From an uncultured Candidatus Saccharibacteria bacterium (GTDB lineage Bacteria > Patescibacteriota > Minisyncoccia > Phycocordibacterales > CSBR16-119), in assembly GCA_964589975.1 (NCBI GenBank), contig CAZPVH010000001.1, positions 164,853 through 228,852 on the forward strand: a stretch of 64,000 nt of DNA, read 5' to 3'. A program made the translations under genes and the position numbers. Under the pieces are notes generated by a model. It was given only the letters and a program-made list of their open reading frames with translations. It was not told the origin of the DNA and did no database searches. Positions 18,510 through 27,483 of the stretch are shown here, piece after piece (the stretch's first letter is position 1; each line of letters starts with the position of its first letter).

Positions 18510-19154
18510 ATGCATCCAATACAAGAAAAGTTACTAAAAATCATTAGTGAGAAGAATATTGGGGATCTCACACTACGTGATATCGGTGATCTAATTGCCG
18601 AAAAGTTACCTCAGAAGATTAAACACCACCTTTTTCAGCTTGAGAGGAAGGGGTTTATTGTTGTCGACAAGAAAAAAAAGTCTATCACTAGAGTGATCGG
18701 TGCAAAAAAGACTCCAAAAGAAATGTTTATTTCCTTACCTATAGTCGGATCAGCTAATTGTGGTCCTCAAACTATTTATGCCGAACAAAACATTGAAGGT
18801 TATTTGAAAGTCTCTAAAAGAATAGTTCCAAAGGCTAATAATGTATTTATACTTCGTGCTGAAGGAAATTCATTGAATAGAGCAGACATAAAAGGTAAGA
18901 GTGTAGAGGATGGTGATTTTGTCATTGTTGATAGTGAAAGTACATCTCCAAAAAATAATGATTATATTGTTTCGATAATTAGTGGCTTGGCAAATATTAA
19001 AAAATACGTGTTTGATAAAGAAAATTCACAAATTGTCCTACTCTCAGAATCTTCACAACATTTTGATCCCATATTTATACATCAAGATGATGATTTTAGG
19101 GTTAACGGTAAAGTGATTGGCGTAATTAAAAAACCTAAGTTTATTAGCCATTAG
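18510..19154 (+). CDS. LexA-like repressor (winged HTH plus S24 peptidase)
   Basis: TLRDIG..HHLFQLERKGFI; VGSANCG; AEGNSL; IKKY. Confidence 0.88.
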   Translation: MHPIQEKLLKIISEKNIGDLTLRDIGDLIAEKLPQKIKHHLFQLERKGFIVVDKKKKSITRVIGAKKTPKEMFISLPIVGSANCGPQTIYAEQNIEGYLKVSKRIVPKANNVFILRAEGNSLNRADIKGKSVEDGDFVIVDSESTSPKNNDYIVSIISGLANIKKYVFDKENSQIVLLSESSQHFDPIFIHQDDDFRVNGKVIGVIKKPKFISH

Positions 19155-19180
19155 TTAGTTAATTGATTATAATTACATTT

Positions 19181-19927
19181 ATGAAAACTGTTGAGTGTAT
19201 AAAAATAAAAATTGAAAAAAAGCAGACACCTCTAGATTGGAACGATTGGAAAAATACTATCCAACAAATGGATTGTTTGACTGGCCTACAACACATCCCA
19301 GATGGTTCTATTGATTTAATTGTTACAGATCCGCCTTACGGAATAAGTAAACAACTAAATTGTAAAGGAAAGAGGCTTGGATCAACAGCTAAACTAGATT
19401 TTGATTTCGGTGAGTGGGATACTTTTAGCAAGGACTGGTTCCATATCGCCGTAAAAAAGACTCGTGGGTGGATGATGACTTTTTGTGCAAAAAAAGATGT
19501 TGGCTTTTTTATTGACACTCTAGAGAAAGAAGGCTTTATAGCTGTTGATGTATTGGTTTGGCAAAAACCTGATCCGGTCCCTCTTAATGCAAAATCACGC
19601 TTTTTAAACGCATGGGAAGCTGTTGTTATAGGTAAGCGTCCAGGTTCAACTTGGAATAGCACTTATGAGCACAATATAATCAAATGCCAAGCTCCAAAGG
19701 GTAAAAATAGATTTCATCCAACACAAAAACCAGTTGAATTGATTAAAAAACTTATATCATTGGCAACGAAAGAAGGAGATATTGTTCTTGACCCATTTAT
19801 GGGTAGCGGAACTACTGCGGTTGCATGTGTAGAATCAAAAAGAAACTATATTGGTTTTGAATTATCAAAGGAATACCACAAGATGGCGCTAAATAGAATT
19901 AAAGAGTTGCCCACTCAACTATTTTAA
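19181..19927 (+). CDS. Beta-class DNA amino-methyltransferase 1
   Basis: VTDPPY, HPTQKP, LDPFMGSGTT. Confidence 0.95.
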   Translation: MKTVECIKIKIEKKQTPLDWNDWKNTIQQMDCLTGLQHIPDGSIDLIVTDPPYGISKQLNCKGKRLGSTAKLDFDFGEWDTFSKDWFHIAVKKTRGWMMTFCAKKDVGFFIDTLEKEGFIAVDVLVWQKPDPVPLNAKSRFLNAWEAVVIGKRPGSTWNSTYEHNIIKCQAPKGKNRFHPTQKPVELIKKLISLATKEGDIVLDPFMGSGTTAVACVESKRNYIGFELSKEYHKMALNRIKELPTQLF

Positions 19928-20911
19928 TTTTTGGTCTGATGAATAAATAAGTTTTGCTTTGATATCTCGTGCGTCCTTAACAGATAAGGAGGCTTGCTTC
20001 CTTCTTATTTCTTTACCTTGATCTTTATACCTTACTTCTTTTACTTTTAATTTCTTTTTAAGTAATTTAACAATCTTTTTTGTATCTGCTTCGTATATTT
20101 TTTTTACAACAAAATCATTTTTATCAACGGTGGCAAGAATTATGCTTTTATCTGTCATGTATTTCTTCAAAACATCTTTTGAAATATCTTGAAAACTCCA
20201 ACTCGATCCTTTTGCCACTTTGTATTCATACATATTACCAAAAGCATCTGTAGCGTCATGTTTTGATTGTTCAGACTGAACCTTATGTCCTAAGCGCAAA
20301 GCTACTAAAACCTCCCAAAACTTGTTGCTAGTTAAAATGTCACTGGTGCCAACCTGCTGTTCAATTTTTAAAATAACGTCAACAATCTTTTTAATCCATT
20401 CAGAATAAATTCCAGAGCACAATCCCGTGGTTGTCTTTTTTTTGAAAGCCAGGGTTGTTTCGATCTGCCTAGGTCCCACATTGATCATTTTTCTATTATT
20501 AGTAATTCGTTTTGTAGCTTCAAATAGATACCCCGATATTATTATTCCGGGAACTTCGTAGTACCAGTCAAATACCGGAAACGGAACATTTTCATCTTGT
20601 ATGTGAGCAAAGATAACACTTTTGGCTTTGATCAATTTCTCGATTGTTGTGTCTGAAAAATCATTAAATGTCCAGGTGTGATTGGAGCTACTCTCCTTGT
20701 AATGCTTATACTCAAATTCGTTACCATCGTCGTCTTTTGCGTCTCTTGATCCTGAATGACCAGAAATAAGCTTATGATTCAACGTGTCAGCGATAAGTAC
20801 CTCAAATATCTTACTATTTGTTATAATGTCTGTAACACCGAAGGTGGCATAGAAATCAGCCTGAATTTTCTTGAGTTGCCCTATAAGGTTTTCTGTGTCA
20901 TTAGTGTCCAT
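19919..20911 (-). CDS. Putative restriction endonuclease with two tandem PvuII-like PD-(D/E)xK domains
   Basis: GVTDII..RDAKDDDGNEFEYK and GTSDIL..HDATDAFGNMYEYK resemble PvuII GINDIF..NDAVDNAGQEYELK; flanked by two MTases. Confidence 0.75.
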   Translation of the reverse strand: MDTNDTENLIGQLKKIQADFYATFGVTDIITNSKIFEVLIADTLNHKLISGHSGSRDAKDDDGNEFEYKHYKESSSNHTWTFNDFSDTTIEKLIKAKSVIFAHIQDENVPFPVFDWYYEVPGIIISGYLFEATKRITNNRKMINVGPRQIETTLAFKKKTTTGLCSGIYSEWIKKIVDVILKIEQQVGTSDILTSNKFWEVLVALRLGHKVQSEQSKHDATDAFGNMYEYKVAKGSSWSFQDISKDVLKKYMTDKSIILATVDKNDFVVKKIYEADTKKIVKLLKKKLKVKEVRYKDQGKEIRRKQASLSVKDARDIKAKLIYSSDQKLK

Positions 20912-20914
20912 ATA

Positions 20915-21736
20915 ATGAAAACTATATCAATAAAAACTAAAATAAGCACTACCGACGAAAACGCATTGATTTTTGGTGATGCAATAGCAATTTTAAAATC
21001 CCTACCTGATAATTCAGTTGATCATTGTTTTACTGATCCGCCATATAACATATCTGGATACGACAATAAGAAAAAGATAGGCTGGCTTCAGTCAAACAAG
21101 ACATGGGTTGAAGAAAAGAAATTTACAAAGATAGATGCAAAGTGGGATAAATTTTCCGACGACGATTATGTTGCTTTTACCAAAGCGTGGATATTGGAAG
21201 TTATGAGGGTTTTGAAACCAAACGGTAATATTATTATTTTCGGTTCGTATCATAATATCTATAAAATTGGTTCCATACTCCAAGATTTTGATCGAAAATT
21301 AATAAATTCTATTACATGGTATAAAAGAAATGCCTTTCCAAATGTAACGCAAAGAATGTTTTGTGAAAGCACAGAGCATATTATCTGGGCTGTAAATGAG
21401 ACACAGAAAAAAGCAAAGAATTGGAAATTTAATTATAAGGAAATGAAGGCCTTAAATGGAGGTGTCCAGATGAGAAACATGTGGGACATTGTCGCAACTC
21501 CAACATCAGAGCGAGCTCATGGTAAGCACCCATCGCAAAAGCCAATCGAGATATTAAATCGTCTAGTAATAGGATGTAGTAATAAGGGCGACGTTATTAT
21601 CGATCCATTTATGGGTAGCGGCACCTTGCCCGTTGCTGCACAGATTAATGGCCGGAAATACATTGGTATTGATAGTGAGAAGGAATTTTGTGACCTTGCT
21701 CTAAAGAGGGTTAGGGCTAAAGAAAACCGATTATAA
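20915..21736 (+). CDS. Beta-class DNA amino-methyltransferase 2
   Basis: FTDPPY, HPSQKP, IDPFMGSGT. Confidence 0.95.
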   Translation: MKTISIKTKISTTDENALIFGDAIAILKSLPDNSVDHCFTDPPYNISGYDNKKKIGWLQSNKTWVEEKKFTKIDAKWDKFSDDDYVAFTKAWILEVMRVLKPNGNIIIFGSYHNIYKIGSILQDFDRKLINSITWYKRNAFPNVTQRMFCESTEHIIWAVNETQKKAKNWKFNYKEMKALNGGVQMRNMWDIVATPTSERAHGKHPSQKPIEILNRLVIGCSNKGDVIIDPFMGSGTLPVAAQINGRKYIGIDSEKEFCDLALKRVRAKENRL

Positions 21737-21743
21737 TAAATTT

Positions 21744-22688
21744 ATGCCACTATTTAAAATATATAACAATAAAGTAACAAAAATTGAAAAACGTAATATT
21801 CTTGAAAAAGATATTCAAAAGATAATAGAAGAAAATCTTCTAGAGATATTAGATATATACTTCCTAGGTACAGAATTTGTTACTACTGATGGACGAATAG
21901 ATTCCGTAGGTTTGGACAAGCATGGGTCGCCAGTAATTATTGAATATAAGAGATCCCAAAATAATAGCGTTATAAATCAAGCTACTTGGTATCTAGAATG
22001 GCTACTTGATCATAAAGAAAAGTTTGAAAAGCTTGTTGAAGATAAGTTAAAAAAACATTTTGTTAATGAGCTAAAAGATACTATGGAGCCAGTAGATTTT
22101 CCTACAATTGATTGGATGAATCCGCGCCTTATTTGTATAGCGGAAAGTTATAATAAATTTGATCTTGGCCTCGTGAAGTTTTTACCATTTAAAATTGAAC
22201 TTTTGAAATATCGTCTCTATGATGATCTATTGTCTATCGAGTCAGAGAATATACAAAAAGGTATGAGGATTAGTGAAAGAACAAACTCATTAGCAATTGA
22301 TGAAGATAGTAAGCCTATTAGAGAATACGGTAAGGAATATTTAATAACTGATCTGTTTAAAGATAGTTGGGCAGAGAGTCGTGAGCTCTTTGAGCAAATT
22401 CGTGAGAAAATTTTGGAGTTGGATAGTAATATTGAAGAGAAAATAACAAAACTTTATATTAGTTATAAAACAGAGAATATTTTCTGTGAGATAATACCTC
22501 AAGCTAAGGGCTTATGGATCCATGTCACAATTCCTATTGATAATGTTATGAAAAACAAAATAGAACTTCATGACGTAAGCGAGAAAGGGCACTGGGGAAC
22601 AGGCGAGACAAAATTCAGAGTAGAAAAACCATCTGAGGTAGATCTCGCTGTAGATTATATTAAGCAATCTTATGAGTTTGGCTTATAG
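21744..22688 (+). CDS. NucS/DUF91-like endonuclease fused to a DUF5655-like domain
   Basis: GRIDSVGLD...IIEYKR...Q...Y; C-terminal DVSEKGHWGTG. Confidence 0.85.
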   Translation: MPLFKIYNNKVTKIEKRNILEKDIQKIIEENLLEILDIYFLGTEFVTTDGRIDSVGLDKHGSPVIIEYKRSQNNSVINQATWYLEWLLDHKEKFEKLVEDKLKKHFVNELKDTMEPVDFPTIDWMNPRLICIAESYNKFDLGLVKFLPFKIELLKYRLYDDLLSIESENIQKGMRISERTNSLAIDEDSKPIREYGKEYLITDLFKDSWAESRELFEQIREKILELDSNIEEKITKLYISYKTENIFCEIIPQAKGLWIHVTIPIDNVMKNKIELHDVSEKGHWGTGETKFRVEKPSEVDLAVDYIKQSYEFGL

Positions 22689-22697
22689 TGAATCTGT

Positions 22698-23261
22698 ATG
22701 GACATATTTGCACATACGTTATGGGCGAATGCTGGGGCGAGGGGAGTGAATGCCTTCCGGAAGAAGAAAGGGAAGCCTCCTGTTATGCATGCTGGATGGA
22801 CGGGGTTCTGGGGAGTTTTCCCGGACCTGTTTGCTTTCGTGATTCCATTTGTCATCGTCATTTGGAAAGTCCTGACCGGACAGCTCGCACTGTCATCATT
22901 TGGCGGACATCACCTGCCTGTCGCCGGGTTCGACCTCGCCTCATACCTCTACCAATACAGTCACTCGCTTGTGGTGTGGCTCATTGTGTTTCTACTTGTA
23001 TGGATTATTTCCAAACGTCCGCGGTGGGAGCTACTTGGTTGGGCACTGCATATACTCATAGATATTCCGTCACATGATATCGACTTCTACCCCACGCCAT
23101 TTCTATTCCCACTTTCAGATTACCGCTTCCCGTACGGCGTTGCGTGGAGCAATATGTACTACATGATCATCAACTACTCCGCACTCCTCATCGTCTGGGG
23201 CGGGATCGCTATTTCCAAAATCCGCAAATCCCAAAAACCTAACCCTACTCAGACCATCTAA
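22698..23261 (+). CDS. Membrane-bound metal-dependent hydrolase-like protein
   Basis: DIFAH, SHS, LHILIDIPSH, FLFPLS. Confidence 0.8.
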   Translation: MDIFAHTLWANAGARGVNAFRKKKGKPPVMHAGWTGFWGVFPDLFAFVIPFVIVIWKVLTGQLALSSFGGHHLPVAGFDLASYLYQYSHSLVVWLIVFLLVWIISKRPRWELLGWALHILIDIPSHDIDFYPTPFLFPLSDYRFPYGVAWSNMYYMIINYSALLIVWGGIAISKIRKSQKPNPTQTI

Positions 23262-23317
23262 CCCTATAACTACGACCCATCCCATATACACCCACCAATA
23301 CATAACGTTATTAATCC

Positions 23318-23702
23318 CTAATTCGCGCGAATTAGCGAATGTAATAATTCGTAAACTAAGGTAGAAAAATATTGAAACAAAATTAAACAAATGTGGCTAA
23401 CGGAAATAAAAATTTGTTATAATTGATTTATTATGAAGAATCTAGAGCGCATAATAAAAGCTCTTGCTAATGGCCGACGTATGGCTATCGTTAGATATTT
23501 AGGGAAGCATAAAGGTTCAACTGTCGGAGACATTGCTCGGAATATAAAGTTATCTTTTAAATCGACTTCGAAGCACCTTGCGATACTTTACGCCGCAGAG
23601 CTGGTGGACAAAGAGCAAACAAGTATTTTGGTTAAATACTTTTTACCAAAGAAGCCTCACCCACTGGTAAAGTTTATCTCTAATTCGCGCGAATAAGCGA
23701 AT
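23318..23702. repeat. Two copies of a 23-bp palindrome-containing repeat bracketing the ArsR gene
   Basis: CTAATTCGCGCGAAT(T/A)AGCGAAT at 23318-23340 and 23680-23702. Confidence 0.8.
23433..23696 (+). CDS. ArsR/SmtB-family regulator
   Basis: KALANGRRMAI, TVGDIA, SKHLAIL. Confidence 0.9.
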   Translation: MKNLERIIKALANGRRMAIVRYLGKHKGSTVGDIARNIKLSFKSTSKHLAILYAAELVDKEQTSILVKYFLPKKPHPLVKFISNSRE

Positions 23703-23948
23703 ATGTATCATTTATATATATTGAAATGCGCTGACAATACTTTGTATACAGGTATTACGACGGATTTGAAAAGGAGAGTGGGGGAGCACAATGACGGAAA
23801 AGTTGGTGCGAAATATACGCGTGGGCGCGGACCGGTAACGGTTATGTATTCGCGGCGGTTCCGTAACCGTGCGAATGCCTCACGGGAGGAGGCGCGGATA
23901 AAAAAGCTCTCTCGGACAGACAAGTTACTTTTAGTAAAAAATATATAA
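23703..23948 (+). CDS. Small GIY-YIG nuclease (UPF0213-like)
   Basis: LYILKCADNTLYTGITTDL.RR..EHN.G..AKYTR. Confidence 0.92.
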   Translation: MYHLYILKCADNTLYTGITTDLKRRVGEHNDGKVGAKYTRGRGPVTVMYSRRFRNRANASREEARIKKLSRTDKLLLVKNI

Positions 23949-23995
23949 AAAGAAGCGGCGCCCGCAGGGCGCCGCTTGATCTTCATGTGTGTCGG

Positions 23996-24337
23996 CTATA
24001 CGCCGAGATCATTCTTCTTGAAATTCTCGAGCCGGGTCTTGTTCGATCGAAGGATCATTTCGAGTGCCGTTTTCGCCGATTCCGCATTGTGCTTCTTCAT
24101 GATCTCCGGTGCATCGGAGACGCGCTCCATCCTTCTTTCATACATCTCGTATGCTTCGTTGTTCGATCTTTCGATATCAACCTTCAGCTCCTCGTAAAGC
24201 GCCAAGAGAATGCGTTTACGCTTTTCCTCCAGAGCACCCTGTACGATCGCAAACTTGCGATCCAAGACCACTTTCAGGTCTGCAACTTCCTTGTCTCCCT
24301 GGGCCTTCAGGTTCTGGAGGATTTCTTTATAGTCCAT
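23996..24337 (-). CDS. Helical hypothetical protein, paralog family member 1 (accessory unit)
   Basis: TTGACA at 24386-24381; A/C leader; hairpin at 23952-23978. Confidence 0.7.
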   Translation of the reverse strand: MDYKEILQNLKAQGDKEVADLKVVLDRKFAIVQGALEEKRKRILLALYEELKVDIERSNNEAYEMYERRMERVSDAPEIMKKHNAESAKTALEMILRSNKTRLENFKKNDLGV

Positions 24338-24427
24338 GTGGTAGGTTCGTTTTTATATACCATACACTAAAATTCTGACTTGTCAATAAAATGAATACGC
24401 CCCCGTCAGACGGGGGCGTATATTACT

Positions 24428-24835
24428 TTAGGTTTTCTCCAGGGCCTTATCGATGGACGCCCTCGTCTCCATGTGCGTTTTCTCCAGAAGTTGGTATGTC
24501 GCCAGGATACCTGCTTCATCAAGCTTTTCGAGACCGTGACTCCTGATGATCTTTTCGAGAGCCACCGTGGCTTCGCTTTGGGATTTCCAGAAATGGAACT
24601 CGTAACCATCTGCATGGAATTCCTTTTTGGTTCCAAAGGTCCGCTCGGTGATGGTGAAGCGAGCTTCCATATCTGTTAGCTCTTTCTTCACACCGTTCAA
24701 GGTGTAGGAGAGCATCGGTCTGGCTGGACGTATTGCCAGCATGAGAAGAGTGCAGTAGTTTCGCTTGTAAGCGCGATTGAAATCGAATTTCGGATCGAGT
24801 CTGCGAAGGTCGTCCAGGGTGACTTGGTTTTCCAT
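24428..24835 (-). CDS. Hypothetical protein (accessory unit)
   Basis: TTGACA-N16-TATTAT; hairpin at 24406-24430. Confidence 0.65.
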   Translation of the reverse strand: MENQVTLDDLRRLDPKFDFNRAYKRNYCTLLMLAIRPARPMLSYTLNGVKKELTDMEARFTITERTFGTKKEFHADGYEFHFWKSQSEATVALEKIIRSHGLEKLDEAGILATYQLLEKTHMETRASIDKALEKT

Positions 24836-24930
24836 TTTCTTTTTTCATCATAATACCCATGAATTAGAGTCTGTCAAAGCGTGCTTGATTACAAGTGACT
24901 ACTCATATAATGTATGCCAAAACCACTCAC

Positions 24931-25359
24931 ATGAACATTTCCAAGCAGCCGCAGGCCGCAACAGAAGCATCAGTCCGGCTCAGTACCGATCTCCAAAGAC
25001 TTGTCGATGAGCACACTCTCGAAAATGTCTCTTGGGCCCTGGAGCAAATTAGGAGGGAGCGCTCTGATGCCGCGCTTTTTCCGAAGCTTCAGGAGCTTTT
25101 GGCGGCGCTGCCCTCGGCATTACGCATCCATGTATTTTATGACGGCGACAAAGTTAGCTACTTCCGGATCCACGTAGAGGAAAGGAAGGGAACAAAGGAT
25201 CGAAGGAAAAGGAGGAAGCTTTGCTCAGCGTTAGAAAATCTCTGGCGCAAAGAGTTTTTCAGGCCGACGGGTGACATGCTCGACTTTGTGTCAAAGCCGA
25301 ATTTTGAAATGCATCGCGCGCAGATTGGCGCGACGCCGGTCGTAATCGAAAAGAAATAG
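24931..25359 (+). CDS. Hypothetical protein (accessory unit)
   Basis: TATAAT plus CAAAACCACTCAC leader; shared hairpin at 25365-25393. Confidence 0.65.
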   Translation: MNISKQPQAATEASVRLSTDLQRLVDEHTLENVSWALEQIRRERSDAALFPKLQELLAALPSALRIHVFYDGDKVSYFRIHVEERKGTKDRRKRRKLCSALENLWRKEFFRPTGDMLDFVSKPNFEMHRAQIGATPVVIEKK

Positions 25360-25396
25360 AACTGAAAAGGCCCCGCGTGAACGCGGGGCCTTCTTC

Positions 25397-25732
25397 TTAT
25401 TTCATGAACTCTACCATGTAGTTGTACAGGACGCGTTTTGGTGTCCGTAATGAGGCCTCTAATTGTTTTTTTGCTTCCTCAAGTGCGTCCGTGCGAGCTC
25501 TGTTTGGTACATCTCTTCTTTTCAGGACATCTTCGAAAAGTTGGAACGCCGTGATGTACTTTTGCTCTGTCTCAACTTTAATGGCATCAAAGTTTTTGAT
25601 CGCTGCTTGGCGAGACATTTCGCCCACTTGGCCGTTCAGGCGTTCCAGATGGTCAACGAATGTGCTTCGAAGATCGTCGAGTTCCGTCCTCTTTGAGTTC
25701 TTGAGGTTGTGGAAGTATGCATCGTAGTCCAT
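25397..25732 (-). CDS. Helical hypothetical protein, paralog family member 2
   Basis: Starts MDYDAYFHNLK 1 nt after the upstream stop; aligns with 23996-24337. Confidence 0.7.
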   Translation of the reverse strand: MDYDAYFHNLKNSKRTELDDLRSTFVDHLERLNGQVGEMSRQAAIKNFDAIKVETEQKYITAFQLFEDVLKRRDVPNRARTDALEEAKKQLEASLRTPKRVLYNYMVEFMK

Positions 25733-25733
25733 C

Positions 25734-26066
25734 TCATGCTCCGTTTTTCGTTCTTTCTGGCACCTGGGCCGAATCATACATCGGGGTTTTCTTGGTAAGG
25801 CCGTCCCAGATAGAGATATCGAACGGACTCTTGCATTCCGAACAGTGGAAGGAGGTGAGCATTTTCCCGGGTTCTCCAATCGGCTTCGGCTCGGTGGCCA
25901 CAGTCGCCTCTTGAGGCAATTCCGGCTTTGTCGCTCCGGCGCATTCTATCTTTGCAGCATGGTCCTTGCGAACCAGCGTGTGCCCGTTGCAATGATGACA
26001 TTGGAAAAAGTACGTGGTGGTGCGCTCGACGAAGAAGGTAACTTCGTGTGTGAGAGTATCGTTCAT
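25734..26066 (-). CDS. Double Zn-ribbon hypothetical protein (accessory unit)
   Basis: CHHC and CSEC; TTGACA promoter; AAAAACCAGCACC leader. Confidence 0.65.
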   Translation of the reverse strand: MNDTLTHEVTFFVERTTTYFFQCHHCNGHTLVRKDHAAKIECAGATKPELPQEATVATEPKPIGEPGKMLTSFHCSECKSPFDISIWDGLTKKTPMYDSAQVPERTKNGA

Positions 26067-26177
26067 GGTGCTGGTTTTTCGTGATATTTACATTATTAGG
26101 GTCATTTGTCAATGTGTTCATTCGGAGATCGGCGTATAATAGATATACCGAAAGATTATCAGAATAATTCAAAATAT

Positions 26178-26510
26178 ATGGCACTAATAATTGGAATCAT
26201 CTTGGGCGCGGGTGTTGTCATCTTCGCTCTGCAAAATGTTCAGACGGTCATGGTTACGTTCTTGGGGTGGGGATTTGAAGGATCGGTGGCCTTGATAGTA
26301 ATCTTGGCGCTACTCGCCGGTATTATCATCAGCTGGCTTATGGCTATCCCGTCATTTATTAGAGGAATGATGAATGAATCAAAACTTCGGGGACATAACG
26401 ACGCTCTCCACAGAGAGCTGGAAGTCCACAAACAGAAATTGGCCGAGACCGAGGGTAAACTTGCCGAGGCAGAGAATAAACCGGACCAAGTCATCATTAC
26501 GAAAATCTAA
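26178..26510 (+). CDS. LapA/DUF1049-family membrane protein
   Basis: IFALQN...V.FLGW, 2 TM helices, coiled coil. Confidence 0.85.
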   Translation: MALIIGIILGAGVVIFALQNVQTVMVTFLGWGFEGSVALIVILALLAGIIISWLMAIPSFIRGMMNESKLRGHNDALHRELEVHKQKLAETEGKLAEAENKPDQVIITKI

Positions 26511-26578
26511 AATAAGGAAAATAACAGGTCCTTTACATTCTTACCGTTTTTCGTTACGTTGAAGTAAAAGGACCATAC

Positions 26579-26980
26579 ATGGGAGATCTCGGAATGAATA
26601 CACGCGTGATCCAGGTGGAGCAGCTGCAAAGTCTGCCTATCTGGGAGTCACTCGACAAAGGTCGTGGGCGTGTCGCTCTCTGGCTAAAGCTGGGATCATC
26701 GAATGCTTCTTGGCAGCTGGTCAGGTTCGATATAACACCCGACACGAAATTCCACCAAGTCGCGGCGCTCTCATCTGAGATCACGCTCACGCTCGGAAAT
26801 GTCGGCCTGCAAGTCGAATCCGAAAGCCTGGTTGCTATCGGCAAGTTGCATGAGAACCAGCAACACTGGGGACTCGCCATACTCTTGGCTAATCCAACAA
26901 GTCCAACGGGGTTCCTCAGGGAGAACTTGCCTAAGCGCGGAAATCCCTATGACGTGCTTCGCCGACACCTGGGCTGCTAA
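26579..26980 (+). CDS. Hypothetical protein (accessory unit)
   Basis: 133-aa ORF; hairpin at 26989-27012. Confidence 0.55.
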   Translation: MGDLGMNTRVIQVEQLQSLPIWESLDKGRGRVALWLKLGSSNASWQLVRFDITPDTKFHQVAALSSEITLTLGNVGLQVESESLVAIGKLHENQQHWGLAILLANPTSPTGFLRENLPKRGNPYDVLRRHLGC

Positions 26981-27075
26981 TAAAAAGTAATCGCCTCCAT
27001 GCGGGGCGATTTCTTTTTGGATAAAAGAAGAGCGCCACCCCTGGTGGGGTGGCGCTTGCCGATTGACTTCTTCGC

Positions 27076-27363
27076 TTAGTGGCGGTTACGAACGCGACGG
27101 TTGCGGCGGTCACCGCACTTCGAACCCTTGGCACGGTTCTTGGCGCGTTTGCGGTCCGCTTTGCTCGTGCCGACACCGTGTTTGCGCTTCTTCTTGCATT
27201 GCTTGAAGTGCTTCCGCTTTTTGGGTCCGAGTTCCAGTGTCAGGGAACCGCTCATGTCCGAGCGAAGCTCGGTATTCGCTGAGTGAAGGATCAGGTCGTT
27301 GGCTTCGGCTTTTGCAGGCTTTCCGAGGCAGAGCAGGAGTATCGAAAGGACGATGGCTTTCAT
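27076..27363 (-). CDS. Secreted, highly basic small protein (accessory unit)
   Basis: Signal peptide; K/R-rich C-terminal half; TTGACA-N17-TAATAT; hairpin at 27030-27057. Confidence 0.7.
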   Translation of the reverse strand: MKAIVLSILLLCLGKPAKAEANDLILHSANTELRSDMSGSLTLELGPKKRKHFKQCKKKRKHGVGTSKADRKRAKNRAKGSKCGDRRNRRVRNRH

Positions 27364-27483
27364 GCGTATTGGGTTTTTAAGGTTATTTATATATTACCAT
27401 AATAAGTATATTTTGTCAAGTAAAGAGTTTTTGGCACTTTTCCATATTGCTTAGGCCATAAAATTGGCTATAATCCTTCTTAT

